Below are positions 28,353 through 37,764 of a stretch of DNA of 52,265 nt, in pieces; positions within the stretch are counted from its first letter, which is position 1, and each line of letters starts with the position of its first letter. The translations under genes and the position numbers were made by a program. The DNA comes from Armatimonadota bacterium. GTDB lineage: Bacteria; Armatimonadota; Fimbriimonadia; Fimbriimonadales; GBS-DC. The notes under the pieces were generated by a model. It was not told the DNA's origin. It did not search any database and worked only from the letters and a program-made list of their open reading frames with translations. The stretch spans positions 1-52,265 of the forward strand of contig JAUQOS010000005.1 of assembly GCA_030550775.1 (NCBI GenBank), in the 5' to 3' direction.

Positions 28353-28813
28353 GCGGTGGCGCGTTTGCGCTTGCGCTTAGACTTGGGCGCGTTCTCGGCG
28401 AGGGCATGAGCGCAGTAGGTGCGGATGAGGGCTTCCACTTGTTCGCGCTGATCGCCGTACCATACGAAGATGCCGCGATAGGCGTTCAGGCGCGTGGGAT
28501 GGGCAAATGGGCTAAGCAACACGCCCTGCTCGCTCCAAACCACGCGCTTGACGCGCTCCCAACGCATCACGCGGGGCGACCACCCGCGCTGCCGAATGCC
28601 TTCCGCATCGGCTTCGTAGCGGATAGGCAATAAGAAATCCGCCGTCGCGCTCCAGAGCATCCACAGCGCGATGACCCCGAAAATCCAGTGCCCCATCAGC
28701 CACGCGCCCAAAATCGGCACGCCCACCAACACAAGCACCAGCACAGGAAGTCGTTCGGGCTGCTGCCGCGCCAAGTGCACCTGCCAGCGGAACTCCATCG
28801 GTTGCTCGCCCAT
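28307..28813 (-). CDS. Hypothetical membrane protein (2 TM plus small beta domain)
   Basis: Two hydrophobic helices, FLLPIRY, LSPF..PTRL..YRG. Confidence 0.7.
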   Translation of the reverse strand: MGEQPMEFRWQVHLARQQPERLPVLVLVLVGVPILGAWLMGHWIFGVIALWMLWSATADFLLPIRYEADAEGIRQRGWSPRVMRWERVKRVVWSEQGVLLSPFAHPTRLNAYRGIFVWYGDQREQVEALIRTYCAHALAENAPKSKRKRKRATAQTSTSSSSSARSIK

Positions 28814-28895
28814 CGCGTCTATGCCTTGCGCTCTACAACTCCGCGAACCGTATGCCTCTGAATGTGGGCTCATCATAAGCATACCCAACGCTGGG

Positions 28896-29520
28896 ATGGC
28901 GACACTTGTGCAGGGAGCGCCGACTTCGGAAGAGTTTCAGCGCATCCTCGAAGTTCTTTCACCGAAGGGTTGAGGCAATCCGTATAAAGGTACATCGCTT
29001 GAGTTCCGCCATGCGCCTCTCGCCGTGGATTTTCCAGCCCGCTCCGTAAGGTTCCCCCCGCACGCGAGGAGAACCGAAGATCTGCTCGGTTCCCCTGACG
29101 GCGTAGGAGGAACCTGGAGGAGAGGGGCGAGGAAAACAATCGCACCACCGCATCGCTTGGGGAGGCGATGTATGTGCCCTGAATGAAGCAAGTTCCAACG
29201 AGGGGCTCAAGCAATGCCCTCGCAACTACTGGGTTACTCCGCTGGCATTGTCGAGACGGTTGCTCGACGAAAACATTGAACCTGAGCACGAACCACTTGG
29301 TTGCCGATTGCATCTGATGAAGGGGCAACAAAGGTCGCGCCGGCTGAAATTTTGCTCAAAGTGGGGATGCGCGATGTGCGTTGCGTGCTAAACAGCGCGC
29401 TGCGATTCTGCAACACGCAGGACTGGAAGTATTGCCCGTGGTCATCGGCTCAGAGTGGGCGCACCCAGAGCCCGAGCCGCTGGCAACCCAAGAGGGGTCG
29501 GTTGGCGCGTGGGGAATGCC
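28896..29520 (+). pseudogene. Fragmented gene remnant interrupted by palindromic repeats
   Basis: MATLVQGAPTSEEFQRILEVL* and out-of-frame RAKQRAAILQHAGLEVLPVVIGSEWAHPE, resembling the C-terminus of coiled-coil/PD-(D/E)XK-like hypothetical proteins. Confidence 0.45.
29049..29127. repeat. Tandem GGTTCCCC..GGAACC palindromes
   Basis: 29083-29127 resembles the reverse complement of 52215-52258. Confidence 0.75.
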
Positions 29521-29570
29521 GTGTCCGAGTCGCTTGTCGCCCATCGTTGCCTCAACGGCGCAGACTGAAC

Positions 29571-30326
29571 CTATTCCCACAGGGCAGCGAGTTGTGCCAG
29601 CGCGTAGAAGGCAGCCGTTTCTGTGCGCAGCACCCGCGATCCCAACGACACTGCGTAAGTCTCTGGCTGCGTTTGAAGCCACTCGCGTTCAGCCGGGCTA
29701 AATCCCCCTTCGGGACCCACCACCAGACTCAAGGCACTTGGCATCGGCATGCGCCGACATCGTTGCTTGAGGGGCATCACCCCCTCCCATTCGTCCAGCA
29801 CCAGTACGGGGCGCGGCAAGCTGGCGATTGCCGCGTGCCAATCGTCCCACAGTTGCACACGGGGCAGCCACGCGCGGCATGCCAACGCCGCCTCCTCTTG
29901 CGCAATAGTTTGCCAGCGTTGGGCGTAGCGGGCTCGCTTAGCGGCATCCCACTGCACTAGGCTCCGCGCGCTCGCGGCAAAGTGAAGCGCCGTCGCTCCG
30001 CCTTGCACCCCCAAACGAACTACCGTCTCCGCCTTATCCGCGTGAATGAGCGATTGCAAAACGCTTACTGCAAACGGCAACTCCGTGTCCAGTTGGCTGG
30101 GCACAACCTGCGCTATGCGGTCGGCTTCCGTCCCCAGCTCTGCCAAATAAACCCCACCTTCCCCATCTAACAAGCAGATCCACTCGCCCGCCTCCAACCG
30201 CAGTACGCGCCGTGCATGATGCACCACCGCATCGGGCAGCAGACGCGCCTCCAACACGCTTTTGGGCACAAAAAAGCGCGGCAGGGCGCGTGGGCTTAGC
30301 GTTTGCGGAACACGGCGGCGACCCAT
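29571..30326 (-). CDS. rsmE: 16S rRNA m3U1498 methyltransferase (start uncertain)
   Basis: PRFFV, HH..RVLRL, VGPEGGFS..E, SLGSRVLRTETA; follows prmA. Confidence 0.92.
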   Translation of the reverse strand: MGRRRVPQTLSPRALPRFFVPKSVLEARLLPDAVVHHARRVLRLEAGEWICLLDGEGGVYLAELGTEADRIAQVVPSQLDTELPFAVSVLQSLIHADKAETVVRLGVQGGATALHFAASARSLVQWDAAKRARYAQRWQTIAQEEAALACRAWLPRVQLWDDWHAAIASLPRPVLVLDEWEGVMPLKQRCRRMPMPSALSLVVGPEGGFSPAEREWLQTQPETYAVSLGSRVLRTETAAFYALAQLAALWE

Positions 30327-31159
30327 GTGCGTCGCTTGCGCACCTCCTCTACCTGAAGTCCTACGGCTTCAATCGCGTGGCGCACGCTCGTGCGCCAGTT
30401 GCGCCCACTTACTCCCGAAACAATGTAAATACCCCCCGCGTTGAGCAGTGGGGGCACCTTCGGCGCGTTCGCCTCCAAAAATATGCTGATGATATTGCAT
30501 ACAATCAGATCAAAAGTGCCCTCCAGCGCGTTGAAGCCGTCCCCTTCGTAAACTTGAACGAGATGTCCTACCTGATTGCGTTCGATATTGCCTTGCGCGA
30601 TTTTGACCGACAGCGCGTCGTTGTCAACTGCCACAACCTCGCGTGCGCCGAGCTTGGCAGCAGCGATCGCCAAAATCCCTGTGCCCGTGCCAACATCGGC
30701 CACACGCATTCCCGGTTGCACATACCGATCTAACAACTCCAGACACAAAGCAGTTGTTGGATGCCCCCCCGTGCCGAAGGCTAAGCCTGGGTCTAGCAAA
30801 ATCAACAGTTCCTCGGGGCGAGGTTTGTAGCGGCTCCAACTGGGCTGCACACGCAGCCGCGCCCCAAACCGCCGACTGCGAAAATAACGACGCCACGTGG
30901 TGTGCCAATTCTCAGGCGATACGGGCTGCACTTCGAACTTGCTAATCGGGGGCAGGTCGTACTCTGACAGCTGGCGCAGGCGCGCCTCAATCTCGGGCAG
31001 ACGCTCATGCTCGCTTTGAGGAAGGTAGGCGATTACACTGTAGGGTTGCTCGCGCAGTTCCACGCCAGCACATCCAGCGTCTATCAGCACAGCAGCAATC
31101 GCGTCCCACGCTGCGGGCGGCGCCACTACGCGAATGCTCAGCCACTCCGAGGGCTTCAC
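30296..31159 (-). CDS. prmA: Ribosomal protein L11 methyltransferase
   Basis: LDPGLAFGTGGHPTT.LCL, VADVGTGTGILAI, DND; GTG 7 nt after TATAAT. Confidence 0.94.
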   Translation of the reverse strand: MKPSEWLSIRVVAPPAAWDAIAAVLIDAGCAGVELREQPYSVIAYLPQSEHERLPEIEARLRQLSEYDLPPISKFEVQPVSPENWHTTWRRYFRSRRFGARLRVQPSWSRYKPRPEELLILLDPGLAFGTGGHPTTALCLELLDRYVQPGMRVADVGTGTGILAIAAAKLGAREVVAVDNDALSVKIAQGNIERNQVGHLVQVYEGDGFNALEGTFDLIVCNIISIFLEANAPKVPPLLNAGGIYIVSGVSGRNWRTSVRHAIEAVGLQVEEVRKRRTWVAAVFRKR

Positions 31160-31177
31160 GCACGCAATTATACCGCG

Positions 31178-31219
31178 AAAAAAAAATGCCCCCGAGGCGG
31201 AGGTCAGCACCTCGGAGGC
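31178..31219 (-). terminator. Strong intrinsic terminator
   Basis: GCCTCCGAGGTG..CGCCTCGGGGGC followed by A and nine T on the minus strand. Confidence 0.85.
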
Positions 31220-31322
31220 GAGTGGCAGGCAGATGAGTGTTTGAAGTCTTTCAAGCCCAGCAGGAGGCGTCTGCTTCAGTCGCGCTTTTCTTGCTGCCCG
31301 CCGTCCTACTTGTTGCAATCCT
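31178..31322 (-). ncRNA. Candidate sRNA (about 145 nt)
   Basis: TAAAAT at 31328-31333 (minus strand), no SD-led ORF, ends in a terminator, contains CCUCCU. Confidence 0.4.
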
Positions 31323-31508
31323 ATGCTATTTTACATCTGATAAACGAAGTCTGTTGGCACCGTGAGGCGCGTTTATCATTCCCAAAACTGCATTTAAACG
31401 ACATTTTTGCGACGGGCGATTTGGGGCGAGTCGTCCTGTGCTGGCAGGTTCCCTCTAGCGTAGGCGGTTTGCGTCGTCTGAGAGCCGCCGCGGCTAATTC
31501 GGATAAGC

Positions 31509-31585
31509 GAGATTCCTCGCCTTCGGCTCGGAATGACAGATGCGCTTTCACACGCCTAACTCTGCCATTCCGAGCGGAGCGAGGG
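31509..31585. repeat. REP doublet (GAGATTCCTCGCC family)
   Basis: GAGATTCCTCGCCTTCGGCTCGGAATGACA followed by inverted TGCCATTCCGAGCGGAGCGAGGG. Confidence 0.8.
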
Positions 31586-31631
31586 AGGTGCATAAGTCGC
31601 TCCCTACACCTCACTGCCCATAAGCGGGCGT

Positions 31632-33068
31632 TCAGGGGCGTTTTGCCCAGCGTTCCAGCATTTCCAGCGCGCGGTCGCGGCTTTTGTCCAGCGGTTCCTG
31701 CGGGTAGGGGTAGGTTTTGCCCAGTTCCACGCCTGCTTGCTTGAGCACGCTTTCGGGGGCTTCCCACGGCGCGTGGATGTATTGGGTGGGCAGATTCGCC
31801 AGTTCAGGCACCCACTGGCGCACATACGTGCCGTCGGGGTCAAACTTGCGCCCTTGAATTACGGGGTTGAAGATGCGGAAGTAGGGCGCCGCGTCTGCGC
31901 CGCAGCCCGCTGTCCACTGCCAGCCCAGCACATTGCTGGCGGGGTCAGCGTCTACTAAGGTGTCCCAGAACCACGCCTCGCCCAGTCGCCAGTGGATCAG
32001 CAGGTTCTTGGTGAGCCACGAGGCGACAATCATGCGCGTGCGGTTGTGCATCCAGCCGATGCGCCACAGTTGGCGCATTCCCGCGTCGACCATGGGAATG
32101 CCTGTGCGCCCTTTTGTCCACGCTTTGTAGGCGGGGGTCTCTACCTCCGTCCACGGAAAGGTGTCGAATTCGCGGCGCAGGGCACGCTCTTGGGTGTAGG
32201 GGTGGTGGTAGAGGATGTGATAGCCGAACTCGCGCCAGCCCAACTCGCGCAGAAAGTGCTCCACGCCTTTGGTCCACTTGCCCTTGCTGTGGCGCAAGGT
32301 GGCGTGCCAAATCTGGCGCGGGCTAATCTCGCCGTGATGCAGGTGGGGTGAGAGGCGCGAAGTGGCGTCTAAGTCGGGGCGGTCGCGTAGGGTGTGGTAA
32401 TCCTCCACTGCGTTGCGTAGGAACCACTCCAAGCGCTGGTGTGCTGCCGCTTCACCCACACGCCAAGTCTCACGGAAACCTGCTGCCCAGTCGATTTTGG
32501 GCAACAGCTCCAGCGCTTCGAGTGGCTCAGAGATGGGCATCGCCTTGGGGGCGCGCAGCGTTTCGGGCGCGGGCAGCGGTTCGGGTACCTTCACTACCTG
32601 CAACACGCGCTTCCAAAACGGCGTGAACACGCCGTAAGGCTGCCCCGAATCGGTGCGCACGGCGTCGGGGTCGTGCAAAAGGTAGCTGGTGAACTCGCGC
32701 ACTTCAATCCCGCGCTGTTGGAAGGTTTTGCGAATGCGTTCGTCGCGCTCCCACAGCTGCGGCTCGTAGTGCGTGTTCCAGTAGAGCGCGTCCGCGCCCG
32801 TTTCGGTGAGGATTTGCTCCAGCACAGGCAAGCTTTGCGCGGCACGGCGAATGACCAGATACAGCCCGCGCTCGCGCAGCGACTGGTCTAACGCCTGCAA
32901 CGCATGGTGCAGCCACCACTGGCGTGCCCCACCGGGCGCACGCTTGCCTAACTCCTCAGGCGCGTAGATATAAACGGGCACTACCGCACCCCGACGCGCC
33001 GCCTCATACAACGCAGGATTATCCGATAACCGCAGGTCGTTGTGGAACCAAACAACGGTCGTTTTCAT
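31632..33068 (-). CDS. phr: Deoxyribodipyrimidine photolyase
   Basis: VWFHNDLRLSDNPAL, TSRLSPHLHHGEISPR, TGIPMVDAGMRQL...GWMHNRTRMIVAS, LVDAD.ASN..GWQW, FRIFNP. Confidence 0.95.
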   Translation of the reverse strand: MKTTVVWFHNDLRLSDNPALYEAARRGAVVPVYIYAPEELGKRAPGGARQWWLHHALQALDQSLRERGLYLVIRRAAQSLPVLEQILTETGADALYWNTHYEPQLWERDERIRKTFQQRGIEVREFTSYLLHDPDAVRTDSGQPYGVFTPFWKRVLQVVKVPEPLPAPETLRAPKAMPISEPLEALELLPKIDWAAGFRETWRVGEAAAHQRLEWFLRNAVEDYHTLRDRPDLDATSRLSPHLHHGEISPRQIWHATLRHSKGKWTKGVEHFLRELGWREFGYHILYHHPYTQERALRREFDTFPWTEVETPAYKAWTKGRTGIPMVDAGMRQLWRIGWMHNRTRMIVASWLTKNLLIHWRLGEAWFWDTLVDADPASNVLGWQWTAGCGADAAPYFRIFNPVIQGRKFDPDGTYVRQWVPELANLPTQYIHAPWEAPESVLKQAGVELGKTYPYPQEPLDKSRDRALEMLERWAKRP

Positions 33069-33144
33069 AGGTTGCCTCCGCATCCAATTGTACACACTGG
33101 CGGGGGCTGGCTCTTTCCTGCGTTGGCAGGATTCGGGCTATGCA

Positions 33145-35997
33145 ATGGCGAAAAGCAAGGCTATGAATTGGCGAGCGCGTTGGATTTGGTCGCCGGGCGA
33201 GGCTGCCCCGCGAAACTTTTACTGGTGTGTGCGCAAAGAGTTTCAACTCAGTCGCGGTTTTAGCAAAGTAATTGTTGCCATCAGCGCAGATACGCGCTAC
33301 ACGCTGTGGCTCAACGGCACACTGATTGGCTTCGGTCCTATTCGCAGCTTCTACGGGCACTGGTATTATGATGTGCATGATGTCACGGCGTATGCTCACG
33401 AGGGGCTGAACGCGATCGCGGTGCTGGTGCATCATGTGGGCATCGGCACTTTTCAGAGCGATTATGTGCGGGGGCGCGGGCGTGGCGGGCTGATTGCGCA
33501 GGTGGAATGCGACGGCAAAATTGTGGCTGCTTCCGACTCAAGCTGGTTGAATGTGCCGCACCCTGCGTACGAGCGGGCAACCGCGCGCATGTCGTGCCAG
33601 TTGGGCTTTGATGAGCATTATGATGCGCGCCGGGGGTTAGGCGAGTGGACGCTGCCACGCTATGACGACTACGAGTGGAACGAGGCGGTGGAGATTGGTG
33701 AGGCAGGCTGCCCGCCGTGGGGCGAACTGCACCCGCGCCCCATCCCCCTGCTGACAATGGAAACCCTATATCCAAAGGTGGTGGAGCGCGTGCGCGTCGT
33801 GCAGCCGCCCTTCGCCGCGTGGGCGTTTGACCTCAAGCCCTCGCTGGCGCCCGACGACCTCACTGCCAATCCGCGCACGCTGTCGGGCGTGGTGGCAACC
33901 GAAATCCGCGCGGACGCCCCGTGTATGTTGCGTTTGGGCGACGCGCATCACGGCTTGCGTGACGACGATGTGCGCCTCAACGGCGAAGTTGCCCCACGCG
34001 CCGACGACGGCTTGCACGTGCTGCGCCTTCAGGCTGGCTCTAACCTGCTCACGGTGGATGTGTCGCGCTGGTACCACGACTGGTACCGCTACCTGTTCGT
34101 GGAAGCCGATAGCGACGCCCCCGTGCAGTTCCTAAACCCTCTGATGGAGCGTGCTGACTACCCTTGGATTGTGCTGGGACCGTTTGAGGGCGACCCAGAA
34201 GGCTATGCACAGGCACGCGACGCTCGCACCGTTGCCGAGGTGCGCCGTCACCCTAAAGCGCGCGGCTTAGACCCGATGCATGTGGCGCGTGCACCGCTGT
34301 TCGCGCTCACTACACGCGCGAAGCCTACCCCTGAAACCCCGCGGGTGGAACAAACCTACGCCTGCATCCATAGCGTAGACGACGTTACCACGATTCATCC
34401 GCCCCAATCGGGCGATGTGGAGTTGCGCCTAGACTGGGGGCGTGAGGTGTTCGGCTATGTGGAGCTGGAGCTGGAAGCCCCCGCAGGCGTCGCGATTGAC
34501 TTCAACGGCTTTGAGTATGTCGACCCCGTGATGCCCGAGCGCGTGCAGTGGACGGTGGGGCTGAACAACACTTTTCGCTACATCACGCGACGGGGCTGGC
34601 AACGGTTCCGCAGTGTGGTGAAACGCGGCTTTCGCTACGCCACGCTTACCCTGCGGTTTCCCAGCCACGCCAGCGAGCCTGTGCACCTGCGGCGCGTGGC
34701 ATGCCTACACAGCGTCTACCCCTACGAGGCGCGGGGTGCGTTCGCCTGCTCTGACCCACGGCTGAACCAAATCTACGAAATGGCGCGTGAAACCGTGCGC
34801 CTCTGCAGCGAGGATACTTTCATCGACTGCCCTACCTACGAGCAGACCTTCTGGGTGGGCGATGCCCGCAACGAGGCACTCTTCGCCTACACAGGCTTTG
34901 GCGATTACGCGTTGGCACGCCGCTGCTTGCTGCTGGCAGCACAATCGCTCAAGCAATCACCGCTGGTGGAGAGCCAAGTGCCCAGCGCATGGCAGAACAT
35001 CCTCACCGCATGGGCGTTGCTGTGGGCAATCGCATGCTACGAGCATTACCTGTTCACAGGTGACGAGGCGTTCGTGCGCGAGGTATACCCCTACATCGCC
35101 CAGCAGAACCAAACCCTGCACGAGCGCTACCTCAACTCCGAAGGCTTGCTGGAGATTAGTGCCTGGAACATGCTGGACTGGGCACCGATGGACACCCCCA
35201 ACGAGGGCGTCGTGAGCCACCAGAATATGTGGTTGGTGCGCGTGTGGGAAGATACCGCCAACCTGGCAGAGGTCGTGGGCGAGACTGGGCACGCGCAAAC
35301 TTGGCGTCAGTGGGCGAGCGATTTGCGGAACGCTATCAACCAGCATTTGTGGAACGACGCCAAACGCGCCTACACCGACTGCCTCAAACGCGACGGCTCA
35401 CAAAGCGAGGTGTTCAGCCTGCAAACGCAGGTGGTCGCGCTGCTATGCGATGTGCCCACGCCTGAGCGGCGCGCCATTTTGGAGCGCTACTTGGCAGCCC
35501 CACCCGACGGGTTTGTGCATATCGGCAGCCCATTTATGACGATGTTCCTACTGGAGGTGTTGCTGCGCCTCAACCGCCGCACCGAGATTCTGCAGCGCAT
35601 TCGCGACGACTGGGGCTACATGCTGGCGATGGGCGCAGTGACTTGTTGGGAACAACTGCCCAGCCAGCGCGTTGCAAACCCCTTGCACGCACACGAAGCG
35701 GGCTTTTTCACGCGCAGCCATTGCCATGCATGGAGCGCAGCGCCCGCTTACATGCTGCCCATCGCGGTACTGGGCGCACAACCGCTTGCGCCCGGCTGGA
35801 CGCGCTTTGCGCTCAGCCCGTTCTTAGGCGATTTAGCGTGGGCGTATGGGCGACTACCCTTGCCCAACGGCACCCTGCAGTTCGCGCTGGAGCGCACCGA
35901 TACGGGCATTCGCGCGCTGCTGCACATCCCTAAGGGCTACACGGTCGTGATTGGCGATCAGGAGCTGAACGCGGGGCAACACGAAGTCGTGCTCTAA
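33145..35997 (+). CDS. GH78 alpha-L-rhamnosidase family protein
   Basis: ARWIW, ISADTRY.LWLNG, DCPTYEQTFWVGD, GAVTCWE, SHCHAWS. Confidence 0.88.
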   Translation: MAKSKAMNWRARWIWSPGEAAPRNFYWCVRKEFQLSRGFSKVIVAISADTRYTLWLNGTLIGFGPIRSFYGHWYYDVHDVTAYAHEGLNAIAVLVHHVGIGTFQSDYVRGRGRGGLIAQVECDGKIVAASDSSWLNVPHPAYERATARMSCQLGFDEHYDARRGLGEWTLPRYDDYEWNEAVEIGEAGCPPWGELHPRPIPLLTMETLYPKVVERVRVVQPPFAAWAFDLKPSLAPDDLTANPRTLSGVVATEIRADAPCMLRLGDAHHGLRDDDVRLNGEVAPRADDGLHVLRLQAGSNLLTVDVSRWYHDWYRYLFVEADSDAPVQFLNPLMERADYPWIVLGPFEGDPEGYAQARDARTVAEVRRHPKARGLDPMHVARAPLFALTTRAKPTPETPRVEQTYACIHSVDDVTTIHPPQSGDVELRLDWGREVFGYVELELEAPAGVAIDFNGFEYVDPVMPERVQWTVGLNNTFRYITRRGWQRFRSVVKRGFRYATLTLRFPSHASEPVHLRRVACLHSVYPYEARGAFACSDPRLNQIYEMARETVRLCSEDTFIDCPTYEQTFWVGDARNEALFAYTGFGDYALARRCLLLAAQSLKQSPLVESQVPSAWQNILTAWALLWAIACYEHYLFTGDEAFVREVYPYIAQQNQTLHERYLNSEGLLEISAWNMLDWAPMDTPNEGVVSHQNMWLVRVWEDTANLAEVVGETGHAQTWRQWASDLRNAINQHLWNDAKRAYTDCLKRDGSQSEVFSLQTQVVALLCDVPTPERRAILERYLAAPPDGFVHIGSPFMTMFLLEVLLRLNRRTEILQRIRDDWGYMLAMGAVTCWEQLPSQRVANPLHAHEAGFFTRSHCHAWSAAPAYMLPIAVLGAQPLAPGWTRFALSPFLGDLAWAYGRLPLPNGTLQFALERTDTGIRALLHIPKGYTVVIGDQELNAGQHEVVL

Positions 35998-36049
35998 GCC
36001 CGAAGGCGCCACGAAGATGCGGGGGTGCGCTGCTCCATCTTGAGCAGGC

Positions 36050-36077
36050 GAGATCCCTCGCTGCGCTTGGAATGACA
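36050..36077. repeat. Single REP unit
   Basis: GAGATCCCTCGCTGCGCTTGGAATGACA. Confidence 0.7.
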
Positions 36078-36160
36078 GCGTTGATAGCACGCCAACTTAC
36101 CTGTCTCCTCAAGCCGAAGGCGGGGAATCGCCCCAGTCAGCATCCCTGCTCTAGGGTCGT

Positions 36161-36592
36161 TTACTCCACGGAAAGGTTGCGGAACCGCTGCGCGCTGTGA
36201 TCCAAATGCAGTAGAATCGTTTGATATGCTTGTTCAATGCGCTGGCGGATGTGGGTGGCTTTCTCGCGTTCGGGAGAGCCTTCGGGGAAGCGGTTGGGGT
36301 CGCTGCGGTGCACCAGTTCGCGGTAGGCACGGCGCACAGCAGCTAAGTCGGCATTTTCGGGCAGCCCCAGCATGCGGTAGGCACGGCTCAGCTCGGAAGG
36401 CAGCGGTGTGGGGGAGGGTGTTGCGGAGGCAGGCGCAGGTTGCGGGCGGGTCAGCGCGTCGTCTAACTCCTGAGCGGCTGCATCACGCGCCGCCGCTTCG
36501 GTACTCTCCTCGCGCATCAGGTTTTCCACACGCTCCCACAACTCGCTTAGGTGCGCGCGCATCAGGCGCGTGATCCGTCGGCTTAGTGCCAT
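36161..36592 (-). CDS. J-domain-like protein lacking the HPD motif
   Basis: AYRMLGLPENADLAAVRRAYRELVHRSDPNRF..IEQAY. Confidence 0.82.
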   Translation of the reverse strand: MALSRRITRLMRAHLSELWERVENLMREESTEAAARDAAAQELDDALTRPQPAPASATPSPTPLPSELSRAYRMLGLPENADLAAVRRAYRELVHRSDPNRFPEGSPEREKATHIRQRIEQAYQTILLHLDHSAQRFRNLSVE

Positions 36593-36594
36593 CG

Positions 36595-37452
36595 CTACAA
36601 GTCCCCCTGTAAGCCCAGCGCGACAAGCTCAATTGTACCTTCTTTACCGCGCACTGTGAGCTTGAACTGGAGGCGGTCGGTGGCGGGCTGCTGCAAGGCG
36701 ACACGCCAGCTCAGTTGGCGAGCGTGCGATTGATAGGCAGCTCGCACTTCAGGCTGCAAAGGCAAGCTGCGGACGCGTGCCTGCAGCGCGAACCAGTGCG
36801 TGGCAGGCATGCGTTTGCCTTCGCTGTAGAGCCACTCCAACTGCAGGTGCATTTCGCCCAGCGCGAGCGCGTAATCTGCGCCGTACAAGGTGTCATAGCC
36901 TTCACTGGGGCGTGGGCGCTCGGGCAGTTCCCATAGCGCAAACGCGTGTGGGTCAATCCCAAAGTGCCGCCCCACCCCTGCCGACGCCCCCAGCTGCCCG
37001 ATGCTCACACGCGCATACACGCCTTGCTGGCGCTCGGCTCCGTTGAATAGGTACGCTACGCGCATGGGCAAATCCCCAATCGCAAAGCGTGCGGGCGACT
37101 GCACCGCCACCACACTCTCGTTTAGCAGCAGCCCTGCCCCAAACGGGGCGTAGAATTTACCCACGCGCCACCCACCCATGCGTTCCACATACACCTCGTC
37201 CAACGCTGCGCGCGTGCGGTCATTAGAGAGGTTTTGCAAGCGTTGGGCAACATAAGCGCCATAACCTGCTTCATGGTAAAGCTGCAAAAACACCACCGAA
37301 TGGCGTCCCAAATCATCGTACCAGCGCAGGGCGGTGGTGCGCTCGTCGGCGCGTGCCTGCACCGCAAGATGCGCCCCAAAAAACGCCGTAGGCATCTGTG
37401 CCTGAACGCTTACCACATACACCAGCCATAAGGCAACCGCAAATCCACGCAT
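36595..37452 (-). CDS. Secreted beta-strand-rich protein (possible outer-membrane barrel)
   Basis: Signal peptide MRGFAVALWLVYVVSVQA; LDEVYVE..WRVGKFYAPFG; alternating hydrophobic strands. Confidence 0.7.
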   Translation of the reverse strand: MRGFAVALWLVYVVSVQAQMPTAFFGAHLAVQARADERTTALRWYDDLGRHSVVFLQLYHEAGYGAYVAQRLQNLSNDRTRAALDEVYVERMGGWRVGKFYAPFGAGLLLNESVVAVQSPARFAIGDLPMRVAYLFNGAERQQGVYARVSIGQLGASAGVGRHFGIDPHAFALWELPERPRPSEGYDTLYGADYALALGEMHLQLEWLYSEGKRMPATHWFALQARVRSLPLQPEVRAAYQSHARQLSWRVALQQPATDRLQFKLTVRGKEGTIELVALGLQGDL

Positions 37453-37568
37453 CACGCAGGCGCATTTTACCCTGCTGAGAGGCTGGCAAGGGATGACCCC
37501 AGTTGCTACTCGTATGAAATTCCCCACCCTCGGCTCGAGAGGCAGGGGCGTTTGCCCTCCAATAAGCC

Positions 37569-37641
37569 CGTCATTCTGAGCGCAACAAGGGGTCTCACTC
37601 GCATTTTGTGTAGTATTCCTCGCCCTCGGCTGGGAAGGACA
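37569..37641. repeat. REP doublet (GAGATTCCTCGCC family, degenerate)
   Basis: CGTCATTCTGAGCGCAACAAGGGGTCTC ... GTATTCCTCGCCCTCGGCTGGGAAGGACA. Confidence 0.7.
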
Positions 37642-37764
37642 AGTTCTTTCCTTGTGAGAGCTGCTCTGTGATTCCGCGTGCGGCGAGAAAACCCCGCCTG
37701 CTCGAGAAAGTCTCTCGGAAGGAGTATAATCCTTGTCTACAGCATTAGCAGGGGGAGCGATTTT

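Noticed and set aside
28870-29330. RNase P RNA or other large ncRNA
   Set aside because: No GAGGAAAGUCC or other hallmark motif; the structure is explained by repeats and pseudogene fragments.
31160-31318. N-terminal extension of prmA or an rpsU-like peptide (RRAARKARLKQ)
   Set aside because: It spans a terminator and the prmA -10, and lacks the S21 N-terminal motifs.
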